64,000 nucleotides of DNA from Escherichia coli (GCF_001677475.2 NZ_CP015229.1), one strand, 5' to 3'. Counted from the stretch's first letter, positions 37,650 to 54,047 are shown. Made by a program: numbers and translations. The notes: a model not told the origin generated them from the letters alone.

Positions 37650-37730
37650 TTATAAGAACAGAAGGATCAGCTGTAAAACAGCAATGATGATTTTGATGAC
37701 CCGTTTAATAAGGTATCGGCAATCAGTCAT
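37650..37730 (-). CDS. shoB: Type I toxin ShoB (26-aa hydrophobic peptide)
   Basis: Hand translation of the minus strand: ATG ACT GAT TGC CGA TAC CTT ATT AAA CGG GTC ATC AAA ATC ATC ATT GCT GTT TTA CAG CTG ATC CTT CTG TTC TTA TAA = MTDCRYLIKRVIKIIIAVLQLILLFL*; below the ORF-track length cut-off. Confidence 0.75.
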   Translation of the reverse strand: MTDCRYLIKRVIKIIIAVLQLILLFL

Positions 37731-38052
37731 TCGTTTTTCCTTAAACAAGGAATGCAGCCGTTCAGATTAGCCCTTACATCTCCCCAAAACTGAACGTGCG
37801 AGTTATTGGAATCGAGTGCTGCACTCCACACCAGAGCTTTGACGACACCACTCGTTTCAATGGGGGAATTCAGTGGCATGGTGTAAAGCACAGCAAAATT
37901 GCCAATAACGAAACCGATTTTAATGTACTTATCAAAAAGCGGTCACGTTAATCTTTTCATCAATGTCGATTTCTTCGTAAAGGCTCGCGTTTTTTATGTC
38001 AGAGATTGCAAGTTGCTTGTACAGGTCAACTAAATTGATCCATAATCATTTC

Positions 38053-38128
38053 CGTTGGAATCGTGTGCTGCACAAAATTAAAGTTGTAAAGTGAAAACCC
38101 CCGTTCCTTACCAGTTCGGGGGTTTTAC
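38053..38128 (+). ncRNA. ohsC: Candidate OhsC antisense sRNA (antitoxin of shoB)
   Basis: Plus-strand TTGGAATCGTGTGCTGCAC (38055-38073) matches plus-strand 37806-37824 in the shoB 5' leader at 18 of 19 positions, so a plus-strand transcript would base-pair with the minus-strand shoB mRNA; CATAAT -10-like hexamer at 38041-38046; hairpin at 38094-38126. Boundaries inferred. Confidence 0.45.
38094..38126. terminator. Bidirectional terminator hairpin (acpS operon end and candidate ohsC end)
   Basis: AAAACCCCCG-loop-CGGGGGTTTT with A-tract and T-tract flanks. Confidence 0.6.
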
Positions 38129-38151
38129 TTTATAAAGAGAACGGTATTTTT

Positions 38152-38532
38152 TTAACTTTCAATAATTACCGTGGCACAAGCATAGTGGCGTTCATCTGCC
38201 AGCGTTACATGCATATTTACAACGCCGAGCTTTTCCGCCAGTTTTAATGCCTCACCCCATAGCCGTAGCCGTGGTTTGCCGAGCTCATCATTGAATACTT
38301 CAAATTGATTAAACGCCAGACCATTGCGGATCCCGGTGCCAAACGCTTTTGCCGCCGCTTCTTTCACAGCAAAACGCTTCGCCAGAAAACGCACCGGCTG
38401 GTGGTGCGTTTTCCAGATTGCCCATTCGTTATCGCTTAATACGCGGCGTGCCAGGCGTTCACCGGATCGGGCGATCACCGCTTCTATGCGAGCGATCTCC
38501 ACAATATCCGTACCTAAACCTAATATTGCCAT
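38152..38532 (-). CDS. acpS: Holo-[acyl-carrier-protein] synthase
   Basis: 126 aa, [19 protein letters not shown]... Confidence 0.93.
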
Positions 38533-39263
38533 TAGCCACGCGATTCCAGCATCAGACGCTTCATTTCTGCCACCGCATCTTTCAGTCCGGTCATCACTGC
38601 ACGACCAATAATGGCATGACCGATATTCAGTTCATGCATCTCAGGGATGGCAGCAATAGCTTTCACGTTGTGATAGGTCAGACCGTGACCAGCGTTAACT
38701 TTCAGACCGAGACTAGCGGCAAAGGTCGCGGCTTTGGCGATACGCGCCAGCTCTTGCGCCTGTTCGGCGTCAGTTTTGGCATCAGCATAGCAACCGGTGT
38801 GGATCTCGATAAACGGTGCGCCAACCTCTGCCGCAGCTTTGATCTGCTCTTCATCGGCGTCGATAAACAGAGAAACCTGGATCCCGGCCTCCGCCAGACG
38901 TTTACAGGCATCGCGCATTTTGTCACGCTGCCCTGCGACGTCCAGGCCGCCTTCGGTTGTTACTTCCTGACGCTTTTCCGGTACCAGACAGCAAAAATGT
39001 GGCTTCGTCTCAACGGCGATCGCCAGCATCTCTTCGGTCACCGCCATCTCCAGATTCATGCGGGTATCCAGCGTCTGCCGCAGGATACGCACGTCGCGGT
39101 CGGTAATGTGGCGGCGATCTTCACGTAAATGCACGGTAATGCCGTCCGCTCCCGCCTGCTCAGCAATAAACGCCGCCTGCACCGGATCCGGGTAAGCAGT
39201 ACCGCGTGCGTTACGCAGCGTTGCAATATGGTCAATGTTGACGCCTAACAGTAATTCAGCCAT
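38532..39263 (-). CDS. pdxJ: Pyridoxine 5'-phosphate synthase
   Basis: ORF trimmed to [21 protein letters not shown]... (243 aa). Confidence 0.93.
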
Positions 39264-39274
39264 GACAATCCTCA

Positions 39275-40003
39275 TCATTCATAATGTGTTTTCACCGTTC
39301 GCTTAGGCATAAACTGCCGGAACAGTTCCCTGCTCTTTAATGGTTTACCGCCAAGATACGGCTTAAGCGCCATGCGGGTAAAGCGTTTCGCGGCGCGTAG
39401 TGTGTCTGCGTCAGGAAATTCCCGCGCGTTTAACGCTTTTAACTGCCTTCCGGTGAACGTTTTATTGTCGATAACGACGCTTGCGATAAACCCTTTTTCT
39501 TCGCGATAACGATACGTCATGGTGTCATCTACCGGCTCGCCGCTACCCGCGCAATGGGTAAAATTGACGCCATAGCCCAGATGCCCGAGCAGTGCCAGTT
39601 CAAAGCGGCGCAGCGCGGGTTCTGGCGTACCAGTGGCACCTGCAAGTGACTGAATGCAGTGCAAGTAATCGAAAAAGAGTTCAGAGAAGCGCGTCTCGTA
39701 TTCCAGTACGCGGGAGAGAAGTTCGTTGATGTACAGACCGCTGTAAAGCGTGATACCGCTTAATGGCAGCGCCAGCGAGACAGCTTCAGCACTGCGCAGC
39801 GTTTTGACTTCGCCACGCCCGCCAAAACGTAGCAAGAGAGGGGTGAAAGGCTGTAATGCACCTTTCAGAGTAGAGCGTTTAGAGCGTGCGCCTTTGGCAA
39901 CCAGACGCACGCGACCCGATTCCTCCGTGAAGACGTCCAGCATCAGGCTGGTTTCGCTCCACGGGCGACTATGCAATACGAATGCGCGCTGCCAGCCTTC
40001 CAT
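39275..40003 (-). CDS. recO: DNA repair protein RecO
   Basis: 242 aa from [20 protein letters not shown]... Confidence 0.92.
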
Positions 40004-40134
40004 CATACTCGTCGCCTTTCAAGTTGCAGGTGCCTTGGCTGCACCCGTTCACCCTGGTCACTTACTTTAGTAAGCTCCCAGGGATTCACGGTCTTGCCGC
40101 CTTCCTGCACCTCGAAAGTCATAGAGTATGCTAA

Positions 40135-41747
<1,613 letters not shown>

Positions 41748-41945
41748 TCAGCACACGAAACAGACCTGATATACATGGCTCTGCTAACTGCTTCGCTGCA
41801 GTTTCAGTTTAGCGGTATATGGGGACCAACGCTGTTTCGTGTGCCGTGGCAACCTGGAGGTGCCAACCTTAAACTTCGGGGGAATATTCTATACACAACG
41901 ACGGGGGATGTCGTTAGCCACGGGAGATTTATCTCATAAATAATT

Positions 41946-41977
41946 CACGTTGTCGCCATAACGGCGACAACGTGAAC
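41946..41977. terminator. Perfect inverted repeat (lepB terminator in the rnc upstream region)
   Basis: CACGTTGTCGCC-ATAA-CGGCGACAACGTG, 14-bp arms. Confidence 0.5.
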
Positions 41978-41988
41978 GAAGATGGCTA

Positions 41989-42963
41989 TTAATGGATGCC
42001 GCCAATGCGACTTAAGCGCACACCTGTCGGCCATTCGCCTTCTTGCTTATCGAAGCTCATCCAGATAGCCGTTGCCCGACCGACCAGATTCGCTTCCGGC
42101 ACAAAGCCCCAGTAACGGCTGTCCGCGCTGTTGTCGCGGTTGTCGCCCATCATGAAGTATTGCCCCGGCGGTACAATCCAGGTTGCCAGTTGTTGCCCTG
42201 GCTGCTGGTAATACATCCCCACCTGATCCTGCGCAATCGGCACTGTCAGAATACGATGCGTCACATCACCCAGTGTCTCTTTACGCTCGGAAAGACGAAT
42301 TCCATTTTCTTTGGTTTCGTTTTTCGGCACTTCAAAGAATCCGCTGGTCGCTTCCCCACCATTACGGCGTGAGAAGGTCTGAACGAAATCGCTCGGTTCC
42401 ACGTTTGAGTAGGTGACCGGCAGCGCGTTTTCACACGCCTGGCCGGAACTGCATCCCGGTTGAATCGTCAGCTCTTTTGAGACCGGATCATAAGTGACTT
42501 TATCGCCCGGCAAACCCACCGCGCGCTTGATGTAATCAAGCTTTGGATCTTCCGGATATTTAAAGACCACGATATCGCCGCGTTTCGGATGACCGGTTTC
42601 GATCAGCGTTTTCTGGTAGATAGGATCTTTAATGCCATAAGCAAACTTCTCTACCAGAATAAAATCACCGATTAACAGAGTCGGCATCATCGAACCTGAC
42701 GGGATCTGGAACGGTTCATAAATAAACGAACGCACAATCAATACGATAGCCAGCACCGGAAAAACAGAAGCACCGGTTTCCAGCCAGCCAGGCTTCGGCG
42801 CAACTTTCTTCAGCGTTGCTTTATCCAGTGAGTCACCGGCAGCCGCCTGCGCCGCTGCCTGACGTTCCCGCCGTTTAGGTGCGAAAAAGAATTTATCCAC
42901 GCACCATAAAATGCCCGTCACCAGTGTGGCAATCACCAGAATCAGGGCAAACATATTCGCCAT
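41989..42963 (-). CDS. lepB: Signal peptidase I
   Basis: 324 aa; catalytic SGSMMPTL motif. Confidence 0.95.
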   Translation of the reverse strand: MANMFALILVIATLVTGILWCVDKFFFAPKRRERQAAAQAAAGDSLDKATLKKVAPKPGWLETGASVFPVLAIVLIVRSFIYEPFQIPSGSMMPTLLIGDFILVEKFAYGIKDPIYQKTLIETGHPKRGDIVVFKYPEDPKLDYIKRAVGLPGDKVTYDPVSKELTIQPGCSSGQACENALPVTYSNVEPSDFVQTFSRRNGGEATSGFFEVPKNETKENGIRLSERKETLGDVTHRILTVPIAQDQVGMYYQQPGQQLATWIVPPGQYFMMGDNRDNSADSRYWGFVPEANLVGRATAIWMSFDKQEGEWPTGVRLSRIGGIH

Positions 42964-42978
42964 GCCAACTCCTAAGGG

Positions 42979-44778
<1,800 letters not shown>

Positions 44779-44975
44779 AAAGTATGATTATTGTGCCTTA
44801 ATGCCCGGTTAACCAGGCTTTTAGAAGTCGCTGTTCTGAGCTTAACGTCTGTATTAATAGAAACGCCGCATTCTACACTACAACATTGAGGCGAGGAAAT
44901 GTTCATACCGTATGGATTGTGGTATCTGGAAACGTCCTCGCATTTGTTATGCAAAATGCAACAAAGCCAGTGAAA

Positions 44976-45455
44976 TCACTGGCTCGCGTCTTCCGAAGAT
45001 GTTTCAAATCGCACAAGGCCAGGCGGCAATGCCACGCTTAAGATGATCGGTTGCCATTCAGACCGGGCAGCAAACTTTCGAGAGCAGCCACGTGCAATCA
45101 GGAATCCACCAACGCCACCGAGAATCGCACCGCATAATGCTGCAATATCTGAAGCAAAGAGTAGCTGAAATAGTGAAGCGATGAGGAATAGTCCCACCAA
45201 CGGCGACATATAAACCAGTAATGCGGAGCTAAGCAGGCTGCCTTCGGCGATTCCTAATTCTACTTTTTGCCCCGGCACTAACGGCTCATCACAGGGTACG
45301 ACAATGGTATGCGTGGTTTGCGGGCCAAGTTTATTCAACACGCGGCTACCGCAACCGGCGCGTGAAGCGCAGCTGCTGCATGAGGCTTTAACATCACAAC
45401 TGACCAGCGCCTGCCCGTTTTGCCAGGAGACGACGGTAGCCCACTCTTTGATCAT
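44976..45455 (-). CDS. rseC: SoxR-reducing system protein RseC
   Basis: 159 aa. Confidence 0.9.
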   Translation of the reverse strand: MIKEWATVVSWQNGQALVSCDVKASCSSCASRAGCGSRVLNKLGPQTTHTIVVPCDEPLVPGQKVELGIAEGSLLSSALLVYMSPLVGLFLIASLFQLLFASDIAALCGAILGGVGGFLIARGCSRKFAARSEWQPIILSVALPPGLVRFETSSEDASQ

Positions 45456-46408
45456 TGCGCTGCCCCGAACTTAATATTCTCGGCAATGCGTTTCGCCGTT
45501 TGCGGCGGCAGTTCACCGACAATGGTGATTTCGGCGTTATCACGTACGCTTGTACTGACGGTTCTGCGTCCGGTGCGCAACATCTGATCGGTGCTCGATG
45601 GCGTAGCGCGGTTAACGTTTACCGAGAAGCTGAATAATCCGTCGGAATAGAGACGTGATTCGATAGGCATGTTGTCCATCGTCGGTAGCGGACGTCGACT
45701 ACTGGAAACTTCGCTAAAACCCTGTGGCAACCAGGTTGGCGTCCAGCTGAATTTAGCTTTTTCACCTACAGGAACAGAAAGCAACGGCGGCAAATTTGCC
45801 TTCGCCAGCGTCTGCATACTGCTGCTGATATCCTGATTGACGTTAAAAGCAATCACGCGAAATTGTTCCAGCGTTTCACCATCGCGATCAAGGAGATCAA
45901 CCCTCATCGGTAATTTCGATTCAGTGTCCATCCACACGATGTAGCTGTAGCGTGTACCATCTCGGGCAACCACGCGAATGACTTCGCAAAGACGATCAGC
46001 AATACGCGTGCGCCCGACGGAGATAAAGTCGTAGTAAGGAGAAAGGCGTTTGAAATCGGTATAGATGAGCGATGGCAGAGAATCAACAATGTAATCGCCA
46101 TTAAGCGTGAACGGTTCAAGTCCCGGTTCAAAATAGCTGATTTCATTGCCGCGCTGTACCACTTCCCGGCGCGGGCCATCCATTTGCAACAATTGTGCAA
46201 GAGGACGGTTATCGAGGCGTGCATGTCGATAACGCAGAGACTCAACACCCTGTTTATTGATGCTGATGAATGACAGCTCGTAATTCAGTGACTGACTGGC
46301 CAGGTTCATCTGCTGTAATAACGCCCCGGACGCGGGAGTGGCCGAGGCGTTAGCAGAGAATAACAGGCTACCTGTCACTAATGACATGGCAAACCAAAGT
46401 TGCTTCAT
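45452..46408 (-). CDS. rseB: Sigma-E regulatory protein RseB
   Basis: 318 aa with signal peptide. Confidence 0.92.
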   Translation of the reverse strand: MKQLWFAMSLVTGSLLFSANASATPASGALLQQMNLASQSLNYELSFISINKQGVESLRYRHARLDNRPLAQLLQMDGPRREVVQRGNEISYFEPGLEPFTLNGDYIVDSLPSLIYTDFKRLSPYYDFISVGRTRIADRLCEVIRVVARDGTRYSYIVWMDTESKLPMRVDLLDRDGETLEQFRVIAFNVNQDISSSMQTLAKANLPPLLSVPVGEKAKFSWTPTWLPQGFSEVSSSRRPLPTMDNMPIESRLYSDGLFSFSVNVNRATPSSTDQMLRTGRRTVSTSVRDNAEITIVGELPPQTAKRIAENIKFGAAQ

Positions 46409-47058
46409 TACTGCGATTGCGTTCCTAAAGTTTGAATTCCTGGCACCTGTACAGCGGCTTGCTGGGTTTGCGCCTGCTCAAACTGAAGCTGTTCAGAGTG
46501 GAGTCGGCGTTGCAGTTCGTAATCCTGCAACATTGCATTAATGCGACGACGCTGCTCCTGTACCTGCTGCTGTTGACCATTGTTTGCGGTCGCTTCAGAA
46601 GGTACTCCCAGGCTTACCGGGCTGGCTTTACCCATCATCGGCAGTGTATTAAATACCGGCGTTTCGGGCTGCTGGGACGTTTCAGATTGTCCATTATAGT
46701 GCTGGACGCCAACGATAACTGCAAGCGATACGCATGCGGCTACGCCCATTTGGGTAAGCTGTGCCGCCCACGGACGTACTTTCTGCCAGAATGGCATTTT
46801 CTGCCATTGATGCGGCGCAGGCTGGGCTTCCGGGATCAATGTCGCCGGTTGACGTACTGGCTCTTCTTCAATGGCGGCCATCACGCGTGAAGAGATATCG
46901 AAATGGAGCACCTCGGGAGTATCACCCCGCATTGAATCACGGATTAAGTGATAGCTTTCCCAGGTTTTCTGCATTTCTGGGTTATGAGCCAGTTCGTTAA
47001 GCAGCTCACTATCCAGCGTTTCGCCATCCATTAAAGCGGAAAGTTGTTCTTTCTGCAT
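46408..47058 (-). CDS. rseA: Anti-sigma-E factor RseA
   Basis: ORF trimmed to MQKEQLSALMDGETLD... (216 aa). Confidence 0.92.
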   Translation of the reverse strand: MQKEQLSALMDGETLDSELLNELAHNPEMQKTWESYHLIRDSMRGDTPEVLHFDISSRVMAAIEEEPVRQPATLIPEAQPAPHQWQKMPFWQKVRPWAAQLTQMGVAACVSLAVIVGVQHYNGQSETSQQPETPVFNTLPMMGKASPVSLGVPSEATANNGQQQQVQEQRRRINAMLQDYELQRRLHSEQLQFEQAQTQQAAVQVPGIQTLGTQSQ

Positions 47059-47090
47059 GCCTAATACCCTTATCCAGTATCCCGCTATCG

Positions 47091-47666
47091 TCAACGCCTG
47101 ATAAGCGGTTGAACTTTGTTATCAATAGCTTCCCTCGCTCGGAAGATACGTGAACGCACCGTACCTACCGGACAATCCATGATAGCGGCTATCTCTTCAT
47201 AGCTCAGGCCATCCAGCTCCCGCAAGGTTATTGCCATACGTAAATCTTCCGGGAGGGACTCAATAGTTCGGAAAACTATCTGTCTCAGTTCTTCTGACAA
47301 CATTAAGTTCTCAGGGTTCGAAATTTCTTTCAACGCGCCGCCACTTTCGAAGTTTTCAGCTTCAATGGCATCCACATCACTGGAAGGTGGACGACGCCCC
47401 TGAGCAACCAGGTAATTTTTCGCTGTATTTACAGCAATCCGATACAGCCATGTATAAAAAGCGCTATCTCCCCGGAACGAATCCAGCGCACGATAGGCTT
47501 TAATAAAAGCTTCTTGTACCACATCGGGAACATCACCCGACGGCACATAGCGGGAAACCAGACTCGCCACTTTATGCTGATAGCGCACTACCAGTAAGTT
47601 AAAGGCTTTCTGATCTCCCTTCTGGACCCGTTCAACCAGGACCTGGTCCGTTAACTGCTCGCTCAT
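47091..47666 (-). CDS. rpoE: ECF sigma factor sigma-E
   Basis: ORF trimmed to MSEQLTDQVLVERVQKGDQKAF... (191 aa). Start placed by reading frame; hand counting of the ATG in the printed sequence came out 1 nt lower. Confidence 0.92.
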   Translation of the reverse strand: MSEQLTDQVLVERVQKGDQKAFNLLVVRYQHKVASLVSRYVPSGDVPDVVQEAFIKAYRALDSFRGDSAFYTWLYRIAVNTAKNYLVAQGRRPPSSDVDAIEAENFESGGALKEISNPENLMLSEELRQIVFRTIESLPEDLRMAITLRELDGLSYEEIAAIMDCPVGTVRSRIFRAREAIDNKVQPLIRR

Positions 47667-47748
47667 CCGAGGTAAAGTCTCCCCAAACCAAATTTCCACG
47701 CGCTATCGAAACGCCACTCCATTAGCTGCAATTTGAGCAAGCAAAGGG

Positions 47749-47776
47749 TTAGAGTGTCTCGTTTTTGTAAAGTTCC
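47749..47776 (-). promoter_or_regulatory. Sigma-E-dependent rpoE promoter (P2-like)
   Basis: Minus-strand GGAACTT-N16-TCTAA, matching the sigma-E consensus, about 85 nt upstream of rpoE. Confidence 0.6.
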
Positions 47777-48064
47777 GTAACGCATCTGTTTTTGTTTGTC
47801 ATGCTGTAGACGGATCATTATCTATCATTATAAGTCTACAGAATCTGAACATCGCATTATCTGTGTAGAAATGCCCATTTAACTGCCTGAAGAGTAACCC
47901 AACGGCCTTTTTATTTCACCACCTAATCCTCCACCAGCCAGTAACTTCTCTTTTTCTCGCCGCCCTGAGTCAGCGTGTTTAGCCACTGTAACAAATATTA
48001 AAATAGCAGGTGTTTAATCGCACAACATGATGCTATGCTGACCAAACCGTGTTTAGTAAATTAA

Positions 48065-50418
<2,354 letters not shown>

Positions 50419-50549
50419 GAAAATAAAACCTTGCAGGAAAAACGGCGATAGCACCGGGTGAGAACAATACCCGAGAAGCGATATCCATACAAACAGATGA
50501 AGATTGCAGCCGTAACGTCTATAATCAGCGCCCCACACAGAGGTAGAAC

Positions 50550-51884
50550 ATGACTGTAACGACTTTTTCCGAACTTGAACTCGACGAAAGCCTGCTGGAA
50601 GCCCTCCAGGATAAAGGTTTCACTCGCCCGACCGCCATTCAGGCTGCCGCCATTCCGCCTGCGCTCGATGGCCGTGATGTACTCGGTTCTGCGCCGACAG
50701 GCACCGGTAAAACGGCGGCGTATCTGCTGCCAGCGTTGCAGCACCTGCTCGATTTCCCACGTAAGAAATCCGGTCCGCCGCGTATTTTGATCCTCACCCC
50801 AACTCGCGAGCTGGCGATGCAGGTGGCCGATCATGCCCGCGAACTGGCGAAACATACGCATCTGGATATTGCCACCATCACCGGCGGCGTAGCCTATATG
50901 AACCACGCGGAAGTGTTCAGCGAAAATCAGGACATCGTGGTCGCCACGACCGGACGTCTGCTGCAATACATAAAAGAAGAGAACTTCGATTGCCGCGCGG
51001 TTGAAACGCTGATCCTCGACGAAGCAGACCGTATGCTGGATATGGGCTTCGCTCAGGATATCGAACATATTGCTGGCGAAACGCGCTGGCGTAAACAGAC
51101 CCTGCTCTTTTCCGCAACGCTGGAAGGCGATGCGATTCAGGACTTTGCCGAGCGTCTGCTGGAAGATCCGGTGGAGGTTTCTGCCAATCCGTCCACCCGT
51201 GAGCGCAAAAAAATTCATCAGTGGTATTACCGCGCCGATGACCTGGAACATAAAACCGCATTGCTGGTGCATCTGTTAAAACAGCCGGAAGCGACCCGCT
51301 CAATTGTGTTTGTGCGTAAGCGTGAGCGTGTGCATGAGCTGGCAAACTGGCTGCGCGAAGCGGGTATCAACAACTGCTATCTCGAAGGTGAGATGGTACA
51401 GGGCAAGCGTAACGAAGCGATCAAGCGTTTGACCGAAGGTCGCGTAAACGTACTGGTTGCAACCGATGTTGCCGCGCGCGGTATCGACATTCCTGACGTC
51501 AGCCACGTCTTTAACTTCGATATGCCGCGCAGTGGCGATACTTATTTGCACCGTATCGGACGTACCGCGCGCGCCGGTCGTAAAGGCACCGCAATTTCGC
51601 TGGTAGAAGCCCATGACCATCTGCTGCTGGGCAAAGTTGGTCGCTATATTGAAGAGCCAATTAAAGCTCGTGTAATTGATGAGTTACGCCCGAAAACGCG
51701 TGCGCCAAGCGAAAAGCAGACCGGCAAGCCATCGAAGAAAGTACTGGCTAAACGTGCCGAGAAGAAAAAAGCTAAAGAGAAAGAGAAGCCGCGGGTGAAA
51801 AAACGCCATCGCGACACCAAAAATATTGGTAAGCGCCGTAAACCAAGCGGAACGGGCGTGCCACCGCAAACGACAGAAGAGTAA
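50550..51884 (+). CDS. srmB: DEAD-box RNA helicase SrmB
   Basis: 444 aa; motifs [17 protein letters not shown]. Confidence 0.93.
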   Translation: MTVTTFSELELDESLLEALQDKGFTRPTAIQAAAIPPALDGRDVLGSAPTGTGKTAAYLLPALQHLLDFPRKKSGPPRILILTPTRELAMQVADHARELAKHTHLDIATITGGVAYMNHAEVFSENQDIVVATTGRLLQYIKEENFDCRAVETLILDEADRMLDMGFAQDIEHIAGETRWRKQTLLFSATLEGDAIQDFAERLLEDPVEVSANPSTRERKKIHQWYYRADDLEHKTALLVHLLKQPEATRSIVFVRKRERVHELANWLREAGINNCYLEGEMVQGKRNEAIKRLTEGRVNVLVATDVAARGIDIPDVSHVFNFDMPRSGDTYLHRIGRTARAGRKGTAISLVEAHDHLLLGKVGRYIEEPIKARVIDELRPKTRAPSEKQTGKPSKKVLAKRAEKKKAKEKEKPRVKKRHRDTKNIGKRRKPSGTGVPPQTTEE

Positions 51885-51888
51885 TTTC

Positions 51889-51912
51889 AATGCCGGGTTT
51901 AAGCCCGGCATT
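51889..51912. terminator. Hairpin terminator between convergent srmB and yfiE
   Basis: ATGCCGGG-TTTAA-GCCCGGCAT followed by TTGTTTTT. Confidence 0.6.
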
Positions 51913-51916
51913 GTTT

Positions 51917-52798
51917 TTATCCCGGCAAAAAACACTCTTCAACACACTGAATAAAAGTGTGCATCGCCGGGCTAACCGCTTTTCCAGCATGGTGTGCGCA
52001 CATTGCTGTAATCGTCTGCGACTGTTCGCCAAAAGGCAATTCGATTAACTCGCCGCTCGCCAATTCTTTTGCTACCGCAAAGCGCGGCAGGTAGCTGACC
52101 CCGATATTCGCCGCGACACAACGCTTGATGCTTTCGATACTTATAAGCTCAATGGTGTTTTCCACCGTGATCCGCCGCTGTCGCAGCGTGCTCTCAAATA
52201 TCTGCCGGAAGACACATTGCGGTTCATTGATAATAAAACTACAGGCGTTATGTATTCCCGGCTCAGTAAAATCGACATCTTTAATTTGCGGTGAAGCCAC
52301 CAGCACCAGTGATTGTTCACCCAACTCTCGTCGGTTCAGAGCATCATCATTCCCTACGCGATAAAAGACGCCAACATCGGCCTCATCATTCAGTAGCGCA
52401 TCACGGATCACGTAACAGTTCAGAGACTGCAACGATAAACGCACTTTTGGTGCGCGTTGCCGAAAACGCTGCAACACCTGCGGCATTCGGTAAGAAAGCA
52501 ACGTTTCGCCTGAAACAACGCGTAGTTCCCCGTCCGGATCCGACTCTTTTTTGGCAGCCTCACGAAGGGTATCCATCACTCTGGTGAGTTCATAAATGTG
52601 CGGCAGCAGCTTTTTTCCTTCGCGGGTAAGGCACATTCGTCGACCAATTTTCTCAAATAACTGGACTGAGAACTCCTGCTCAAGCTGCTGAATATGAAAA
52701 GTCACCGTCGATTGTGTGCAGCACAATTTTTGCGAAGCTCGCAAGAAGGAACCCTCTTCCATCACGGTTTTAAGCGTAATAAAACGGCGCAGATCCAT
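51917..52798 (-). CDS. yfiE: LysR-family transcriptional regulator YfiE
   Basis: ORF trimmed to MDLRRFITLKTVMEEGSF... (293 aa); divergent from eamB. Confidence 0.8.
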   Translation of the reverse strand: MDLRRFITLKTVMEEGSFLRASQKLCCTQSTVTFHIQQLEQEFSVQLFEKIGRRMCLTREGKKLLPHIYELTRVMDTLREAAKKESDPDGELRVVSGETLLSYRMPQVLQRFRQRAPKVRLSLQSLNCYVIRDALLNDEADVGVFYRVGNDDALNRRELGEQSLVLVASPQIKDVDFTEPGIHNACSFIINEPQCVFRQIFESTLRQRRITVENTIELISIESIKRCVAANIGVSYLPRFAVAKELASGELIELPFGEQSQTITAMCAHHAGKAVSPAMHTFIQCVEECFLPG

Positions 52799-52900
52799 AA
52801 CCCCAAACCTATCGAAAATATCGAATTTAGAATGTAAAAACATTCATTTTTTTTAATGTTACGTGTCGGGTACTGTCTACCAAAACAGAGGAGATAACAA

Positions 52901-53488
52901 GTGACACCGACCCTTTTAAGTGCTTTTTGGACTTACACCCTGATTACCGCCATGACGCCAGGACCGAACAATATTCTCGCCCTTAGCTCAGCCACAACGC
53001 ACGGATTTCGTCAGAGTACTCGCGTGCTGGCAGGGATGAGTCTGGGATTTTTAATCGTCATGTTGCTATGCGCGGGAATTTCGTTTTCACTGGCTGTTAT
53101 CGACCCGGCAGCAGTGCATCTGTTGAGTTGGGCGGGGGCGGCATATATTGTCTGGCTGGCGTGGAAAATCGCTACCAGTCCAACAAAGGAAGATGGGCTT
53201 CAGACAAAACCAATCAGTTTTTGGGCCAGCTTTGCTTTGCAGTTTGTGAACGTCAAAATCATTTTGTATGGCATTACAGCACTGTCGACGTTTGTCCTGC
53301 CGCAAACGCAGGCGCTAAGCTGGATAATTGGCGTCAGCGTTTTGCTGGCGATGATTGGGACGTTTGGCAATGTGTGCTGGGCGCTGGCGGGGCACCTGTT
53401 TCAGCGATTGTTTCGCCAGTATGGTCGCCAGTTAAATATCGTGCTCGCGCTGCTGCTGGTCTATTGCGCGGTACGCATTTTCTATTAA
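52901..53488 (+). CDS. eamB: Cysteine/O-acetylserine exporter (RhtB/LysE family)
   Basis: 195-aa membrane protein recognised as EamB/YfiK. Confidence 0.85.
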   Translation: MTPTLLSAFWTYTLITAMTPGPNNILALSSATTHGFRQSTRVLAGMSLGFLIVMLLCAGISFSLAVIDPAAVHLLSWAGAAYIVWLAWKIATSPTKEDGLQTKPISFWASFALQFVNVKIILYGITALSTFVLPQTQALSWIIGVSVLLAMIGTFGNVCWALAGHLFQRLFRQYGRQLNIVLALLLVYCAVRIFY

Positions 53489-53490
53489 TG

Positions 53491-53522
53491 AAAAAAGCGG
53501 AAGAGGTCGCCCTCTTCCGCTT
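53491..53522 (-). terminator. Rho-independent terminator of grcA
   Basis: GCGGAAGAGG-TCGC-CCTCTTCCGC hairpin; U-tract on the minus strand. Confidence 0.65.
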
Positions 53523-53542
53523 AGTAACTTGCTACTTAAGCC

Positions 53543-53926
53543 TTACAGGCTTTCAGTAAAGGTACGAGCGATAACGTCGCGCTGCTGTTCCGGAGTCAGA
53601 GAGTTAAAGCGAACTGCATAACCGGATACACGGATGGTCAGCTGCGGATATTTTTCCGGATGCTTAACTGCATCTTCCAGAGTTTCACGACGCAGAACGT
53701 TTACGTTCAGGTGTTGACCACCTTCAACGCGAACTTCTGGTTTCACTTCTACTGGAACTTCACGGTACTCAATGTCACCCAGTTTGCTTACTGCAACCAC
53801 TTCGTCTTCTGCAAAACCTGCTTTCGCAACGATGCAACGCGCTTCGCCTTTTTCGCTGTCCAGCAGCCAGAAAGAGTTCAGCAGATCGTCGTTAGCGGCT
53901 TTAGTAATCTGGATACCTGTAATCAT
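53543..53926 (-). CDS. grcA: Autonomous glycyl radical cofactor GrcA (YfiD)
   Basis: ORF trimmed to [14 protein letters not shown]... (127 aa); C-terminal glycyl-radical motif RVSGYAV. Confidence 0.92.
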
Positions 53927-54033
53927 GTGATGCCTCCCCGGCAAAATTATTTGATTTGTTCAGCCTGTCGCGGCCAATTGGTAAAACCATTGTTGCTTGA
54001 GTGTATATATACTCCTCAAACACCCTTGAATCT

Positions 54034-54047
54034 TTGATTTAAATCAA
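54034..54047. promoter_or_regulatory. FNR binding site in the grcA promoter
   Basis: TTGAT-TTAA-ATCAA, a perfect match to the FNR consensus TTGAT-N4-ATCAA. Confidence 0.65.

Noticed and set aside
37806-38073. Direct repeat TTGGAATCG(A/T)GTGCTGCAC considered as a mobile-element terminal repeat or att site
   Set aside because: No transposase or integrase lies between or beside the copies; the repeat is better explained as the antisense pairing region of the shoB/ohsC locus.
53950-53966. Second FNR site upstream of grcA (TTTGATTTGTTCAGC)
   Set aside because: Only one half-site matches TTGAT-N4-ATCAA well; mentioned in findings but not listed as a feature.
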